Shown: positions 28,674 to 39,065 of the stretch, piece by piece
Position numbering within the stretch: position 1 is the stretch's first letter
How the letters are laid out: each line of letters opens with the position of its first letter
Made by a program: the position numbers and the translations under genes
The notes under the pieces: model-generated
What the model was told of the DNA's origin: nothing
Databases searched by the model: none
Seen by the model: the letters and a program-made list of their open reading frames with translations, nothing else
Source of the DNA: an uncultured cyanobacterium
GTDB lineage: Bacteria > Cyanobacteriota > Cyanobacteriia > Phormidesmidales > Phormidesmidaceae
Reading direction: 5' to 3'
Assembly (NCBI GenBank): GCA_963793265.1
Contig: CAWBZI010000006.1
Coordinates: 896,001-960,000 of the forward strand
Length of the DNA stretch: 64,000 nt

Positions 28674-29897
28674 TCACGCTTGCTCAACAGGCGTTTGTTC
28701 GACAGATTGAGCGATCGCACCAACCTGCAACCCAGCCGGGTAAACACCCTCCTGCTTGATTTTCTCAATCAGCGCATCAGACACCTGAAACTTCATCTGC
28801 TTAGCCAGCGCCCGCACCACATCGCCACGATCAATTGTGCCTGCAACCGCATCAGCGGGCGTGAGCACCGTCAGGCGATTCAACTTTTGCGCTTCCATCA
28901 TCTGAATAGCTTCAGTCAGCGGCGTATCTTCGCTTACGTGAGGAATCTCTAGCAGCGGACGGGCAATGCTGTGTAGATTTCGGCTGTCCCATTCACTGCG
29001 CTCTACCTGGCGCAAGTCGTCTAGCGACACCATGCCGCGATAGCGACCGTCAGAAGAGGCGAAATAGATAGGCGGCGTCTTTTGATCGTCTAGCAGGCAC
29101 TGATCGGCAAACTGTCGTAGCGGCATATTGGCATCTAGCACTCTAAAGTCGCGCACGGTGGCATCGCCAGCTTTTAGCTCAGCTAAGCCTTCTTGCAAGT
29201 CGTTCATGCGGTTGTAGTTGCTGGCGTTACGGAGCACAAAGGTACCGATTAGGCCCGGCCAGATGTAGCCGAAGTCTCCTGTGGACAGTAGGGCTATGAG
29301 GCTGAAGGCGATCGCACCCCATCCCAAAATCTGACCTGACTTTGCCGCCCAGCGAACGCCTTTGGCTTTGTTATTAGTCGCTTTCCACACCGCCGCTTTG
29401 AAAATTTGACCGCCATCTAGCGGGAGCCCTGGAATAAGATTAAAGAGGGCCAAGACCAAATTAGTAAAGGCCACGCTTTGAATCACACCGCTAGCAATCG
29501 GCGGCAGGCCACCAATCTGACTTACTAGCGTTAGCAGTAAGAAGAGAATAAAGCTGACAGCAGGGCCAGCTACAGCCACCTGAAAAGCCTCACCCGGCGT
29601 TTTTGACTCACGCTCAATCGAAGCAATCCCACCAAACAGAAATAGCTTGATCGAGTTGACGTTAATACCCTGCGACTGTGCGACCAGGCTATGTCCTAGC
29701 TCGTGGGCTAATACCGACGCGAACAGCATCAGCGCTAGCAAGAGCCCAGTTGCATAAGCGCCAACCGTTCCTAAGCTCCCGGCTAAATTGGGGTCGCTGC
29801 CCTGTACAAATGTGATGAGTAGCACCACAAAAAACCAAGAATTGTCAATAAATAGCGGGATATTAAACAAAGAACCCACTCGCCAACCAGATTGCAT
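28674..29897 (-). CDS. Site-2 protease (M50) with CBS domains
   Basis: HELGH, AGPAVS, FNLIPGLPLDGG, C-terminal CBS pair. Confidence 0.92.
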   Translation of the reverse strand: MQSGWRVGSLFNIPLFIDNSWFFVVLLITFVQGSDPNLAGSLGTVGAYATGLLLALMLFASVLAHELGHSLVAQSQGINVNSIKLFLFGGIASIERESKTPGEAFQVAVAGPAVSFILFLLLTLVSQIGGLPPIASGVIQSVAFTNLVLALFNLIPGLPLDGGQIFKAAVWKATNNKAKGVRWAAKSGQILGWGAIAFSLIALLSTGDFGYIWPGLIGTFVLRNASNYNRMNDLQEGLAELKAGDATVRDFRVLDANMPLRQFADQCLLDDQKTPPIYFASSDGRYRGMVSLDDLRQVERSEWDSRNLHSIARPLLEIPHVSEDTPLTEAIQMMEAQKLNRLTVLTPADAVAGTIDRGDVVRALAKQMKFQVSDALIEKIKQEGVYPAGLQVGAIAQSVEQTPVEQA

Positions 29898-30064
29898 AAG
29901 CTATATTCTTCGGTGCTGATCGAAGCCTACGATTAAAAAACGATGCCTCTATTGTACCGACTCTGCCGATTCGTCTCGACCTGCGGAAGTTGTGGATAAC
30001 CGGCTATGTTGAAAGGGTTAGGTGGAAGGGCACATGCTGAGATGAATAAAAGGGATTGAAAGCA

Positions 30065-30781
30065 ATGTTACAGGTGAAAATTTGCGGAATTACGAAGGTG
30101 GAACAGGGGGTCGCGATCGCTCAACTAGGCGCAACCGCCCTCGGCTACATCTGCGTCAGCAAATCCCCCCGCTACATCACTGCTAAAAACATCGCACCCA
30201 TCACATCTGCCACCAAAGTACTCAATCCAGACATCGACCACTTTGGCGTATTCGCTAACGCCCCTCTCTCAGAAATCCTGACCACCGTGTCTATCGCTGG
30301 CCTCAACGTCATCCAGCTCCACGGCGACGAAACCCCTGCCACCTGCCAGCTCTTGCGTGACGCGCTAGCACACGCCAACCTACCCAAAGTCAAAATCGTC
30401 AAAGCCATCCGCGTCCGTACCCCCGAAGACTTACAAACCGCGCTCAGCTACGAGCCGTACATAGATACTCTTCTACTCGATGCCTATCACCCCGATCAGC
30501 TCGGCGGCACTGGCGAAACCCTAAACTGGCAGACGCTTCAAGCCTTCGCGCCCAGTCGTCCTTGGTTTCTAGCTGGTGGTATTAATCCCAACAACGTCCT
30601 TACAGCTCTAACTCAACTCTCCCCAAACGGAATCGACCTCTCTAGTGGAGTAGAGAGGTCGCCAGGTGATAAAGACTTAGCAAAAGTCGATCAGCTATTT
30701 GAACAGCTAAAAGCACCAAACATGAGCCGCAAAACCGTAAGGGCACAAGGCTTTACGCCCTCCGACACAGCAAGCCCCTAG
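30065..30781 (+). CDS. trpF: Phosphoribosylanthranilate isomerase
   Basis: VKICGIT, SPRY, QLHGDE, GGTGET, LAGG, DLSSGVE. Confidence 0.94.
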   Translation: MLQVKICGITKVEQGVAIAQLGATALGYICVSKSPRYITAKNIAPITSATKVLNPDIDHFGVFANAPLSEILTTVSIAGLNVIQLHGDETPATCQLLRDALAHANLPKVKIVKAIRVRTPEDLQTALSYEPYIDTLLLDAYHPDQLGGTGETLNWQTLQAFAPSRPWFLAGGINPNNVLTALTQLSPNGIDLSSGVERSPGDKDLAKVDQLFEQLKAPNMSRKTVRAQGFTPSDTASP

Positions 30782-30807
30782 CTCGATGATTCAATGACTT
30801 AGCAAAC

Positions 30808-31896
30808 CTAGATACTGGGCTTTACCGCAACCCAGTACTTGCTCATAAAGTGATTGCTCGTTTTCACATCAGTGAAGCCTGCCGACTCCAAGCGAGCAAC
30901 CAAATCATCACCAATGTAGTGACGGTAGTAGGGCTCGTGGAACATCGCCGGGAAGTTTTCCATCAGCGGCTCAAACTCTGGGGTGTCTAGCTTTTGAATA
31001 GAGTCGCAGATGACAAAAACGCCGCCGGGCTTAGTGACGCGGAAGGCTTCATCAATCACATTTTGACGGGCCCCAGCAGGCAGCTCATGGAACAGGAAAG
31101 TGCTTGTTGTCGCCTCAAAGAAGTTGTCTACGAAGGGCAGCTCTTCGCCGTTAGCCTGTACGAGCTGCGCGGGGATAACGCCTTCGATGTCAGCCAGATT
31201 CTCGTTGGCTTTACGAATGTAGGCCGGTGAGAGGTCAGCTCCGTACAGCGCGACTTCAGGCATAGATTGGTTGACGAGCCTGAGGCTATTGCCCGTACCG
31301 CAGGCAATATCAAGCAGCTTTAGAGGTTGAGGAGACGTACCTACAGCAGTCGGCATTTGGCTGAGGTGCTGCTTTAGCGGGGCCAAAATGCGGCGACGCA
31401 TAGGGGCAGCGGTACCGTTGAAGAGAACTTCTACTTGCAGGTCGTACATGTTGGCGGAGTAGTCACTGAAGTAGCCGTCGGTTTGATGGTGGAAGTTTTG
31501 AACGTAGTAAGCAGGGTAGCCCTCTGTGCTGATGCCTTCACTAAATTCTTGGTGACGTTTTTTAGAAGCGCGATCCCAAATTTTGGGCAGGTCTACCCAT
31601 AGCTCGGGGTAGTAGCGAAAGAAGTCGTCCCAGCGGTTGTCAAAAAGGGCTTGCTTGGGATACACGCCTGCTTCGGCATCTTGCCAGTCAACTTCGAGCA
31701 GCTTATCAATGCTGCCTTGGATCGTCTGAAGCATCTTTGGATCGAGCGGGTTGGGCTCTTGGCGGTCTTGAGAAAAGACGGTGTTTAGAAATCGAGTGCT
31801 GAGCGTTTTGTGAGCAAAGCCGAAAACTTGCTTGCCTTGCTGGAAAGTTTGGTAGGCAAATTTGGTCAGGGTATCGGAGGTGAGAGTATCTGGCAT
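30808..31896 (-). CDS. Class I SAM-dependent methyltransferase
   Basis: YYVQNFHHQTDGY, LDIACGTG, FLFHELP. Confidence 0.88.
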   Translation of the reverse strand: MPDTLTSDTLTKFAYQTFQQGKQVFGFAHKTLSTRFLNTVFSQDRQEPNPLDPKMLQTIQGSIDKLLEVDWQDAEAGVYPKQALFDNRWDDFFRYYPELWVDLPKIWDRASKKRHQEFSEGISTEGYPAYYVQNFHHQTDGYFSDYSANMYDLQVEVLFNGTAAPMRRRILAPLKQHLSQMPTAVGTSPQPLKLLDIACGTGNSLRLVNQSMPEVALYGADLSPAYIRKANENLADIEGVIPAQLVQANGEELPFVDNFFEATTSTFLFHELPAGARQNVIDEAFRVTKPGGVFVICDSIQKLDTPEFEPLMENFPAMFHEPYYRHYIGDDLVARLESAGFTDVKTSNHFMSKYWVAVKPSI

Positions 31897-31942
31897 AGAA
31901 CGTATGGGATGAGCGCTGTTTTTAAGTAGACAAAGTATTTTT

Positions 31943-31960
31943 ATTGTAAAAGAATGTTAC
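31943..31960 (-). promoter_or_regulatory. HLR1-like (RpaB) direct repeat
   Basis: Minus strand GTAACATT-CT-TTTACAAT versus consensus (G/T)TTACA(T/A)(T/A)-N2 x2. Confidence 0.45.
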
Positions 31961-32035
31961 GAGAAATGTGAGAGGGGGAAGGCGTATTTTTTCTTGATTG
32001 TTCTTACGGAAATAGTCCGAACGGTTTCTAAACGC

Positions 32036-32065
32036 AAAAAAGCCGCCCATCACGGACGGCTTTTT
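32036..32065 (-). terminator. Terminator after glnN
   Basis: AAAAAAGCCG...CGGCTTTTT hairpin. Confidence 0.7.
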
Positions 32066-32112
32066 CTTACTTTCTACAAGCCAAAGCCCGTAGGCTCAAG
32101 CACAGCCAAAGT

Positions 32113-34287
32113 CTACTTAATAAAGAGCATTTCTTCGTAAGTAGGCAGCGGCCATAGGTCATCAGCAATTTCACCTTCGAGCGCGTCGGCAGCGTCACGA
32201 ACGCTGTTCATCAAGCCGCGAAGGGTGCCTGCACAGTAGTTCATGTGGTCTTCAGAAGAGCCGAAGTCGTGCTTAGCCATGGCGGATTCTAGCTCGCTAG
32301 CACTATCAAGCAGTGACTTTGCGAAACTAGCGACTTTCTCGACGGGTGCTTTGTCCATTTCGATGCCGACATCGCTCAGGTTCGCGATCGCCCCAGCACA
32401 CTCACTCATATAGCGCAGCGCCGCTGGATAAATTAGCGTCTTGGCCATATCACACACTAGCTTAGCTTCCACCTCAATCGAGAGAATGTACTGCTCGGCG
32501 TACACCTCATAGCGGCTGAATAGCTCAGTGGGCGACAGTACCCCAGTGCTTTCAAACAGCGTCTTAATGCTGTCGCTCTTCAGGTAAGGAAGCGCGTCAG
32601 CAGTCGTTGGGATATTCAACAAACCGCGCTTTTCAACGGCCTCTGTGTGCCACTCATCGGAGTAGCCGTTGCCGCCGAACACAGCCGCGCCGTGCTTGTC
32701 CATTACGTCTTTGAGCACTGATTGCACAGCCGCACCGACATCGCCGCCGCCCGATAGCTTGCCCTCTAGCTGGTCGCTCATCCAGTTAAGCGAGTCAGCC
32801 ATCATGGTGTTGAGAGCAATTAACGGGCCAGAGACAGACTGGCTAGAGCCAACTGCGCGGAATTCAAAGCGGTTGCCGGTGAAGGCGAAGGGAGACGTTC
32901 GGTTGCGATCGCCCGCATCCTTACTCAAAGGCGGCATCGTATCAATCCCAAGCTGCATCGTGCCCTTATGGCTAGAGCCCTTCAGATCGCCCGCCTGAAT
33001 CTGATTGAAAATTTCCTCTAGCTGGCTACCAAGGTACACCGACATAATCGCCGGAGGCGCTTCGTTAGCACCTAAGCGGTGGTCGTTACTAGCCGAGGCA
33101 ATTACCGCGCGCATTAACGGGCCATACATATGAACGCCGCGAATCACCGCACCACAGAACGCGAGGAACTGAAGGTTCTCTTCAGGCGTATCACCCGGAT
33201 CGAGCAGGTTGCCCTGAGTCGAGTTACCAATCGACCAGTTGACGTGCTTACCAGATCCGTTGATGCCCGCAAAAGGCTTCTCGTGCAGCAGGCAAATAAA
33301 GCCATGTTCTTTAGCCGTATCTTGCAGCGTCGTCATGATCTGCTGCTGGTGGTCACTGGCAACGTTAGCCGCTTCATACACAGGCGCAATCTCAAACTGG
33401 CCTGGAGCCACTTCGTTGTGGCTAGTTTTAGCGGGGATGCCCAGCTTGTACAGCTTCTCTTCTACATCGTGCATGTATGCCTGCACGCGGGGCGGAATCG
33501 CACCGAAGTAGTGATCGTCAAACTGCTGACCTTTCGCAGGGGCTTTACCAAAGAGGCTACGACCTGCAAGCAATAGGTCAGGGCGAGCATTGGCAAAGTG
33601 AGAATCAACCAAAAAGTACTCTTGCTCAGCACCGCAGCTAGAGTTAACGGGGGCAACATCGGTGTTACCCAACAGCTTCAGCATTCGGTTAGCGGCCTTA
33701 TCAACCACTGCAATCGAGCGCAGCAAAGGCGTTTTCTTATCGAGCGCTTCACCCGTCCAAGAAATAAAGACGGTAGGGATGCAGAGCGTAGCGCCGTGCT
33801 CACCTTCTAGGATGTAAGCCGGGCTAGTGATATCCCAGCCGGTGTAGCCGCGCGCTTCAAAGGTGTCGCGGATGCCGCCGTTAGGGAAAGAAGAACCGTC
33901 AGGCTCACCTTGAATCAACAGCTTGCCTGAAAATTCTGAAATGATGTCGCCGTTGCTCTGAGGCGAGATAAAGCCGTCGTGCTTCTCAGCGGTGATGCCT
34001 GTGAGCGGATAAAACACGTGAGCGTAGAACTTAGCGCCTTTAGACATCGCCCAGTCACGCATCGCGCCAGCGACCGTATCGGCTACAGAAGGATCTAGCT
34101 TTTCGCCCGACTGAATGGTTTTCTGAACCGACTTGAAAACGTCTTTGGGCAGCATCGCCTTCATTTTGCTCAGACTGAATACGTTCGAGGCCCAAATATT
34201 CTCTAGCTTCTCAGATGGTTTTACTGAGACAGGCTCTCTGTTAGTGATTTCATAAATTGCTTGGACGCGCGACTCGTTTCCAGTCAT
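32113..34287 (-). CDS. glnN: Glutamine synthetase type III
   Basis: 724 aa; [68 protein letters not shown]. Confidence 0.96.
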   Translation of the reverse strand: MTGNESRVQAIYEITNREPVSVKPSEKLENIWASNVFSLSKMKAMLPKDVFKSVQKTIQSGEKLDPSVADTVAGAMRDWAMSKGAKFYAHVFYPLTGITAEKHDGFISPQSNGDIISEFSGKLLIQGEPDGSSFPNGGIRDTFEARGYTGWDITSPAYILEGEHGATLCIPTVFISWTGEALDKKTPLLRSIAVVDKAANRMLKLLGNTDVAPVNSSCGAEQEYFLVDSHFANARPDLLLAGRSLFGKAPAKGQQFDDHYFGAIPPRVQAYMHDVEEKLYKLGIPAKTSHNEVAPGQFEIAPVYEAANVASDHQQQIMTTLQDTAKEHGFICLLHEKPFAGINGSGKHVNWSIGNSTQGNLLDPGDTPEENLQFLAFCGAVIRGVHMYGPLMRAVIASASNDHRLGANEAPPAIMSVYLGSQLEEIFNQIQAGDLKGSSHKGTMQLGIDTMPPLSKDAGDRNRTSPFAFTGNRFEFRAVGSSQSVSGPLIALNTMMADSLNWMSDQLEGKLSGGGDVGAAVQSVLKDVMDKHGAAVFGGNGYSDEWHTEAVEKRGLLNIPTTADALPYLKSDSIKTLFESTGVLSPTELFSRYEVYAEQYILSIEVEAKLVCDMAKTLIYPAALRYMSECAGAIANLSDVGIEMDKAPVEKVASFAKSLLDSASELESAMAKHDFGSSEDHMNYCAGTLRGLMNSVRDAADALEGEIADDLWPLPTYEEMLFIK

Positions 34288-34371
34288 GTTTGTATTCCTA
34301 AGGTTAGAAAAAGGAGATCACTCAAATAGCGGCTAACTATCCTTTGAGGGATTCCACGTAAGACGTAACCA

Positions 34372-34413
34372 ATCGTATGAATAGCAATTGATTGGTTTTG
34401 TATCGGCATATAC
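34372..34413 (-). promoter_or_regulatory. NtcA-activated promoter of glnN
   Basis: GTA-N8-TAC (34400-34413), then 22 nt, then TACGAT (-10 box) on the minus strand. Confidence 0.82.
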
Positions 34414-34703
34414 CGAATGCACAACAAGTTTTGTTGAAATGCCTTTACATAGGGCTTTCAATATCCATGAAAATTTTGTGAAGGTTGAGAAACATTGCAA
34501 AGCAGCTCGAATTGTAAACTTTTCCTTCGATAACTCATCTAGAAGGCGGCGCTACGGCGAGTGATTTTATCTTGCATGGTAGACTTGTATCTACTTAATA
34601 GAAAAGCCGAACCCTTTGATGCTCGTGCCTTTCAGAGGCTCTAAAGGGCTCTCAAGAGCTTTGGCAAGCAGGCTTTGACAAGAGATTGCTTAGGAGAATT
34701 TTC

Positions 34704-35213
34704 ATGCGAGATACGGTCACCAGCTTAATTAGCAATTACGACACCACAGGCCGTTACCTAGATCGGGACGCCCTCGACTCTTTGCAGTCTTATTTCACAA
34801 CAGGCACTAACCGCGTCAAAGTGGCGGCCATGATTAGCGCCAATGCCGCTGAGATTTCCCGCGAGGCAGGCAAGCAGCTTTTTGAAGAAGTGCCTGAACT
34901 CATTCGCCCCGGTGGCAATGCCTACACGACTCGCCGCTATGCCGCCTGCCTGCGCGATATGGACTACTACCTGCGCTACAGCAGCTATGCGCTGGTAGCA
35001 GGTAATAACGATGTGCTGATGGAGCGTGTGCTACAGGGCTTGCGTGAAACCTATAACTCTTTGGGTGTGCCGATTGCGCCAACGGTGCAGGGCATTCAGA
35101 TTATGAAAGAGAAGGTCAAGAACATGGCTGTGGATGCGGGCATTGAAGATGTTTCGTTTATTGACCAGCCCTTTGACTTTATTTCTCGTGAAGTGAGTGA
35201 AGTCAGCGTGTAG
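34704..35213 (+). CDS. apcF: Allophycocyanin beta-18 subunit
   Basis: MRDTVTSLI..YD..GRYLD, PELIRPGGNAYTTRRYAACLRDMDYYLRY. Confidence 0.95.
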   Translation: MRDTVTSLISNYDTTGRYLDRDALDSLQSYFTTGTNRVKVAAMISANAAEISREAGKQLFEEVPELIRPGGNAYTTRRYAACLRDMDYYLRYSSYALVAGNNDVLMERVLQGLRETYNSLGVPIAPTVQGIQIMKEKVKNMAVDAGIEDVSFIDQPFDFISREVSEVSV

Positions 35214-35252
35214 GGCTTCCTTGATAATTCGGTTTAGCTAATTCGGTTTATG

Positions 35253-35280
35253 AAAGGCCCTACAAATTAGGGCCTTTTTT
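35253..35280 (+). terminator. Terminator after apcF
   Basis: AAAGGCCCTA-CAAAT-TAGGGCCTTTTTT. Confidence 0.8.
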
Positions 35281-35301
35281 GTGCTCTTCTTTTGCTGGCA
35301 T

Positions 35302-36582
35302 ATGCTGTTTTTAGGGATAGATTTTGGAACTTCTGGGGCTAGAGCTGTTGTTTTGAGGAATGTGGGCGATCGCATTCCCCCTCAAATCGTCGCTCAATCT
35401 GCCTGTCAATTCACAGATGCGACACCACAAGACACTTACCTCTGGCAAAGCACGCTCCATCAGCTACTGGGCCAAATTGAAAAGAGTGTCCGTGAGCAAA
35501 TAGGCCGGATTGCGATTAATGGCACGTCGGCGACGATGCTGCTGTGCGATCGCAAAGGACGCCAACTCACTCAGCCTTTGATGTATAACGACGCCAGCGC
35601 TCGCCCGGCGCTTGATGAAGTGAGAACTTTCGCGCCCAGTGAGAGCCCTGCTGTTAGCGCAACCTCCACGCTAACTAAAGCTATCTGGCTCTATCGCAAT
35701 AGTGCTGACGATCGCAGTGGCGTTTACATCACGCATCAGGCCGACTGGCTTGCCTGCCTACTGCACGGGCAGCCACCTGTAACTGACTATCACAATGCGC
35801 TCAAGCTGGGCTATGACGTAGCGACACTGGCTTATCCAGACTGGCTGTTAGAGTCACCCGTGGCCGCCTGGCTCCCTGATGTTTTAGAACCTGGCGAAGC
35901 GATCGCACCTATCACCCCACAGATGTCGCAGCTCTTCAGCATCTCTGGAACCTGCCAAATCTGCGCGGGCACCACCGACAGTATTGCCGCCTTTTTAGCC
36001 AGCGGAGCCCAAAGCCCAGGCGAAGCCGTCACTTCCCTCGGCTCTACCCTCGTACTCAAACTACTCAGCACGAAACCCATAGACGATAGCAGCGCAGGCA
36101 TCTACAGCCATCGCTTAGGCAATCTGTGGCTAGCAGGCGGCGCTTCTAATACAGGCGGCGCGGTGCTACAGAAATTTTTCTCAACCGAACAGCTCAAAGC
36201 TATCAGCCAGCAAATCGATCTATCTAAGCCTAGTCCGTACGACTATTACCCATTGAGTGCACCGGGCGAGCGCTTTCCTATCAACGATCCAGACTATCCG
36301 CCCCGGCTAACGCCCAGACCTGAATCAGACGCAGACTTCCTACACGGCCTACTTGACGCCATGGCCCGCATAGAAGCAGAAGGCTATCGAAAGCTTGGTA
36401 GCTTAGGCGCTGACCCCTTGAGCAAGGTATACACCGCTGGCGGCGGCGCACAAAACCAGGTTTGGCAAGCCTTGAGGCAGCGGCGCTTGGGCATAGACGT
36501 TAGCACCGCCGTTCACACAGAAGCCGCCTATGGAACTGCAAAGTTAGCCATGTTAGGACTGAGCGAATTTATCCAGGATTGA
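35302..36582 (+). CDS. FGGY-family carbohydrate kinase (D-ribulose/xylulose kinase-like)
   Basis: LGIDFGTSGAR, GTTDSIAAF, TSLGSTL, AGGGA. Confidence 0.9.
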   Translation: MLFLGIDFGTSGARAVVLRNVGDRIPPQIVAQSACQFTDATPQDTYLWQSTLHQLLGQIEKSVREQIGRIAINGTSATMLLCDRKGRQLTQPLMYNDASARPALDEVRTFAPSESPAVSATSTLTKAIWLYRNSADDRSGVYITHQADWLACLLHGQPPVTDYHNALKLGYDVATLAYPDWLLESPVAAWLPDVLEPGEAIAPITPQMSQLFSISGTCQICAGTTDSIAAFLASGAQSPGEAVTSLGSTLVLKLLSTKPIDDSSAGIYSHRLGNLWLAGGASNTGGAVLQKFFSTEQLKAISQQIDLSKPSPYDYYPLSAPGERFPINDPDYPPRLTPRPESDADFLHGLLDAMARIEAEGYRKLGSLGADPLSKVYTAGGGAQNQVWQALRQRRLGIDVSTAVHTEAAYGTAKLAMLGLSEFIQD

Positions 36583-36597
36583 ACTCAAATCCAAAGG

Positions 36598-36638
36598 AAA
36601 GCCCTATCGGTCTTAGCTTCAGAACCGATAGGGCTTTT
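36598..36638. terminator. Bidirectional terminator between the kinase and petG
   Basis: AAAGCCCTATCGGT...ACCGATAGGGCTTTT. Confidence 0.8.
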
Positions 36639-36662
36639 AATTGATATTTTGAGTGTTTGGGC

Positions 36663-36776
36663 TTAGCCGCCTAACTGATCGCCCCGGCGGTACTGCATAT
36701 AGGCGGCGACAAATAGGCCAATAAGCGTAACGGGAATAAGACCTAAAACGATGCCAGATAGTAAGGGCTCGACCAC
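36663..36776 (-). CDS. petG: Cytochrome b6f subunit V
   Basis: [35 protein letters not shown] start with an AGGAG Shine-Dalgarno. Confidence 0.95.
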   Translation of the reverse strand: MVEPLLSGIVLGLIPVTLIGLFVAAYMQYRRGDQLGG

Positions 36777-37165
36777 GGTAGTTCTCCTAGAGGTGGGTAA
36801 GTATTCATTAAGTGCGATCGCTTCTAGCCAGCTTGATAAGGGATAATCGCTTACCAATAGCGGCTTTCTCTGAAGTTCGCTTATCTAATCTTAATGTGAA
36901 TTGAGAGCTGAGTCGAAAAACTATACTCAAGTTCACTATTGCATTGGGCTAGTCTACATGTTTCGATCAAGAAGCCCGGTGCAATAGCCAGAAACAGCGT
37001 TTTAGACGCACAAATATCAAATCGAGGCCGTTAGGCTTAAGCATGAGAAAAGCCAAGAACCAGGGCTTGCATCACCAAGAGAATCTTCAGACATCTTGAT
37101 AAAACTTGTCTTATTCTCTTAAAAAAACTTAAGCTATATGAAGTTAAAGACTTGTCAATAGCTGC

Positions 37166-37633
37166 TTGGTTGTGTCGATAGAAAGTGCCCGAGAACAAAT
37201 AGTGCAAAACCAGGCCGAGAAATCTCAGACGGTAGAGGCTCAGACGGTAGATTCTGGGATGATAAATGATAGTAGCGACTTTGGGCAGGCTGTGCGGCGA
37301 GCAATGCTGCTGATCGTGGGTTTAGTGATGGCAGCGGCAATCGCGTTATGGGGCGCACATACACTAAGCACCAGCGATCCCTACATTCACAGCGTACTTG
37401 AGATATCAGGCGATGCTGGCCGGGGGCGAGATATTTTTCAGCTAAACTGCGCAACCTGTCACGGGCTAGAAGAGGCCGGTGAGGTCGGGCCAGACTTACA
37501 CAATGTTTCGGAGCGAAAGTCGCGGGTGGGTTTGATTAATCAGGTCATTAGTGGGAAGACGCCGCCGATGCCGCAGTTTCAGCCAAACGCAAAAGATATG
37601 GCCGATTTGCTGAGCTTTTTAGAGACGTTGTAA
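37166..37633 (+). CDS. cytM: Cytochrome cM
   Basis: TM anchor, DPY, CATCHG, GPDL, TPPMPQFQP; divergent from petG. Confidence 0.85.
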   Translation: MVVSIESAREQIVQNQAEKSQTVEAQTVDSGMINDSSDFGQAVRRAMLLIVGLVMAAAIALWGAHTLSTSDPYIHSVLEISGDAGRGRDIFQLNCATCHGLEEAGEVGPDLHNVSERKSRVGLINQVISGKTPPMPQFQPNAKDMADLLSFLETL

Positions 37634-37672
37634 GGGATCTTTTGACGTCGAATGCTGTGTAGCTTCGGCAGA

Positions 37673-39013
37673 TTACCAAGTGCCTGCTTCGCAGTTCATG
37701 ATCTTATTCAAGGTAGCGATCGCCTCTTCCTCGCCGTTGTCTCGAATGATTGCCTCAGCCGCCACGTTCATTAGCTCCATTTTGAGCCGCATGAAATAAG
37801 CCTCTTCAATCGTATTGGCTTCTACAGCGGGCGATCGCTGCTCGTTTTCAGTAAAAGAACGCAGCGGGTCAAAGCCCAGCTTTAGCACCAGTGCGCTGAT
37901 GACATACTGCTGTTCAGGCCGCGCCAAATCGTACCAGGCTCTCATGGACTGCGCCAGAATAGCCTCTACTTCACCGTCAGAGAGCTGCCTCTGTAGCCAG
38001 GCTTCCAGGGTAGAAATGGGCCAGTCTGTGGTGGCTTCGTCTACTTTGGCAAAGGCGTGAGCTTCAGCGTAGGAGATGATGCTGTCTTGATTGTAGTCAG
38101 CGGAGTCTACTGAACTGCCCGTGCGATCGCGTCCGGTCAGTCCTGCAAAAAAGCTAGAGCTGTAGTCCTTGTAATCAGCTTCATTTACCGCAGGCGTACA
38201 GCCCACCGAAGGTCGCGACGCCACCGTCGCAAAAAATCCGCAGCGCGTCTGCAAAGCCACCGGCTGCTCAGGATCGCCATTCTCATAAATTAAGTTAGCA
38301 AACGCGCCCGAGTAGCACTGCGCCATCATCGTCACAAACGGCTGATCGGCAGGCAGCGGATCTAGCCAGCCTGCCATCTCTTTAACCGAGACAAAAGCCT
38401 CTTCCCACAGCACCAGCCAGTTATTGTCTTCATTCTCAACGTTACGCGCTCCGTGCCCTGTGAAGTAAAAGAAGGAAGGACAGGGCTTTTTAGCGCGGGC
38501 AACGGCCTCAAACCAGCCTTTGGTGTTGCCGTAGTTGGCCGCGCCGTTTAAAGAACCAATATCAGGTGCTTTGAACTGCTGCTCTCCGGCCTCGTCAAGA
38601 TAGCGAACGGTTTCTTGGCCGTCATTGCCGTTGGCAAATAAGAAGGTGGCTAGGGTAGAGATGAAGCCTCGTTCGGTGAGCGATCGCTGAAAATACAGCA
38701 CGTTCTTCTCTAGCGCAATCTCGTTGTAGCTAGGCGCACCGCCACCCGCTACCACTGCAAAATAAGTGCTGACGTCTGTCGGTAATTCGATAGGGACAAC
38801 CGCTGTTTGCTTGAGAGGGGCCGGATGAGCGGTCGAATGGGCCGCTGGCATCAGGTTTTCTAAGCTGATATTTTCCCAGCCCGCCTGCCTAACCACATAT
38901 TGAATAGACGCTGGTAGCCCTAGCTCGGCGCGCATCGCTTCTGCCGTCAGCACGACCGCATAGCCGAGCGAAAGTCCCGCTAAAGCTATGCTCATTAGGT
39001 TCGTAAAACGCAT
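37673..39013 (-). CDS. Secreted caspase-fold (clan CD) peptidase-like protein
   Basis: N-terminal hydrophobic segment; FYFTGHG and MAQCYSG His/Cys dyad. Confidence 0.7.
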   Translation of the reverse strand: MRFTNLMSIALAGLSLGYAVVLTAEAMRAELGLPASIQYVVRQAGWENISLENLMPAAHSTAHPAPLKQTAVVPIELPTDVSTYFAVVAGGGAPSYNEIALEKNVLYFQRSLTERGFISTLATFLFANGNDGQETVRYLDEAGEQQFKAPDIGSLNGAANYGNTKGWFEAVARAKKPCPSFFYFTGHGARNVENEDNNWLVLWEEAFVSVKEMAGWLDPLPADQPFVTMMAQCYSGAFANLIYENGDPEQPVALQTRCGFFATVASRPSVGCTPAVNEADYKDYSSSFFAGLTGRDRTGSSVDSADYNQDSIISYAEAHAFAKVDEATTDWPISTLEAWLQRQLSDGEVEAILAQSMRAWYDLARPEQQYVISALVLKLGFDPLRSFTENEQRSPAVEANTIEEAYFMRLKMELMNVAAEAIIRDNGEEEAIATLNKIMNCEAGTW

Positions 39014-39065
39014 AGCATCCTAAAAAATTGCGTTTGAAAAGTGAAGTGGTGTTGAACGTTTGCCC

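Noticed and set aside
29991..29999. Perfect DnaA box (TTATCCACA on the minus strand)
   Set aside because: It is a single 9-mer with no cluster, AT-rich unwinding element or dnaA/dnaN nearby, so it is not evidence of oriC.
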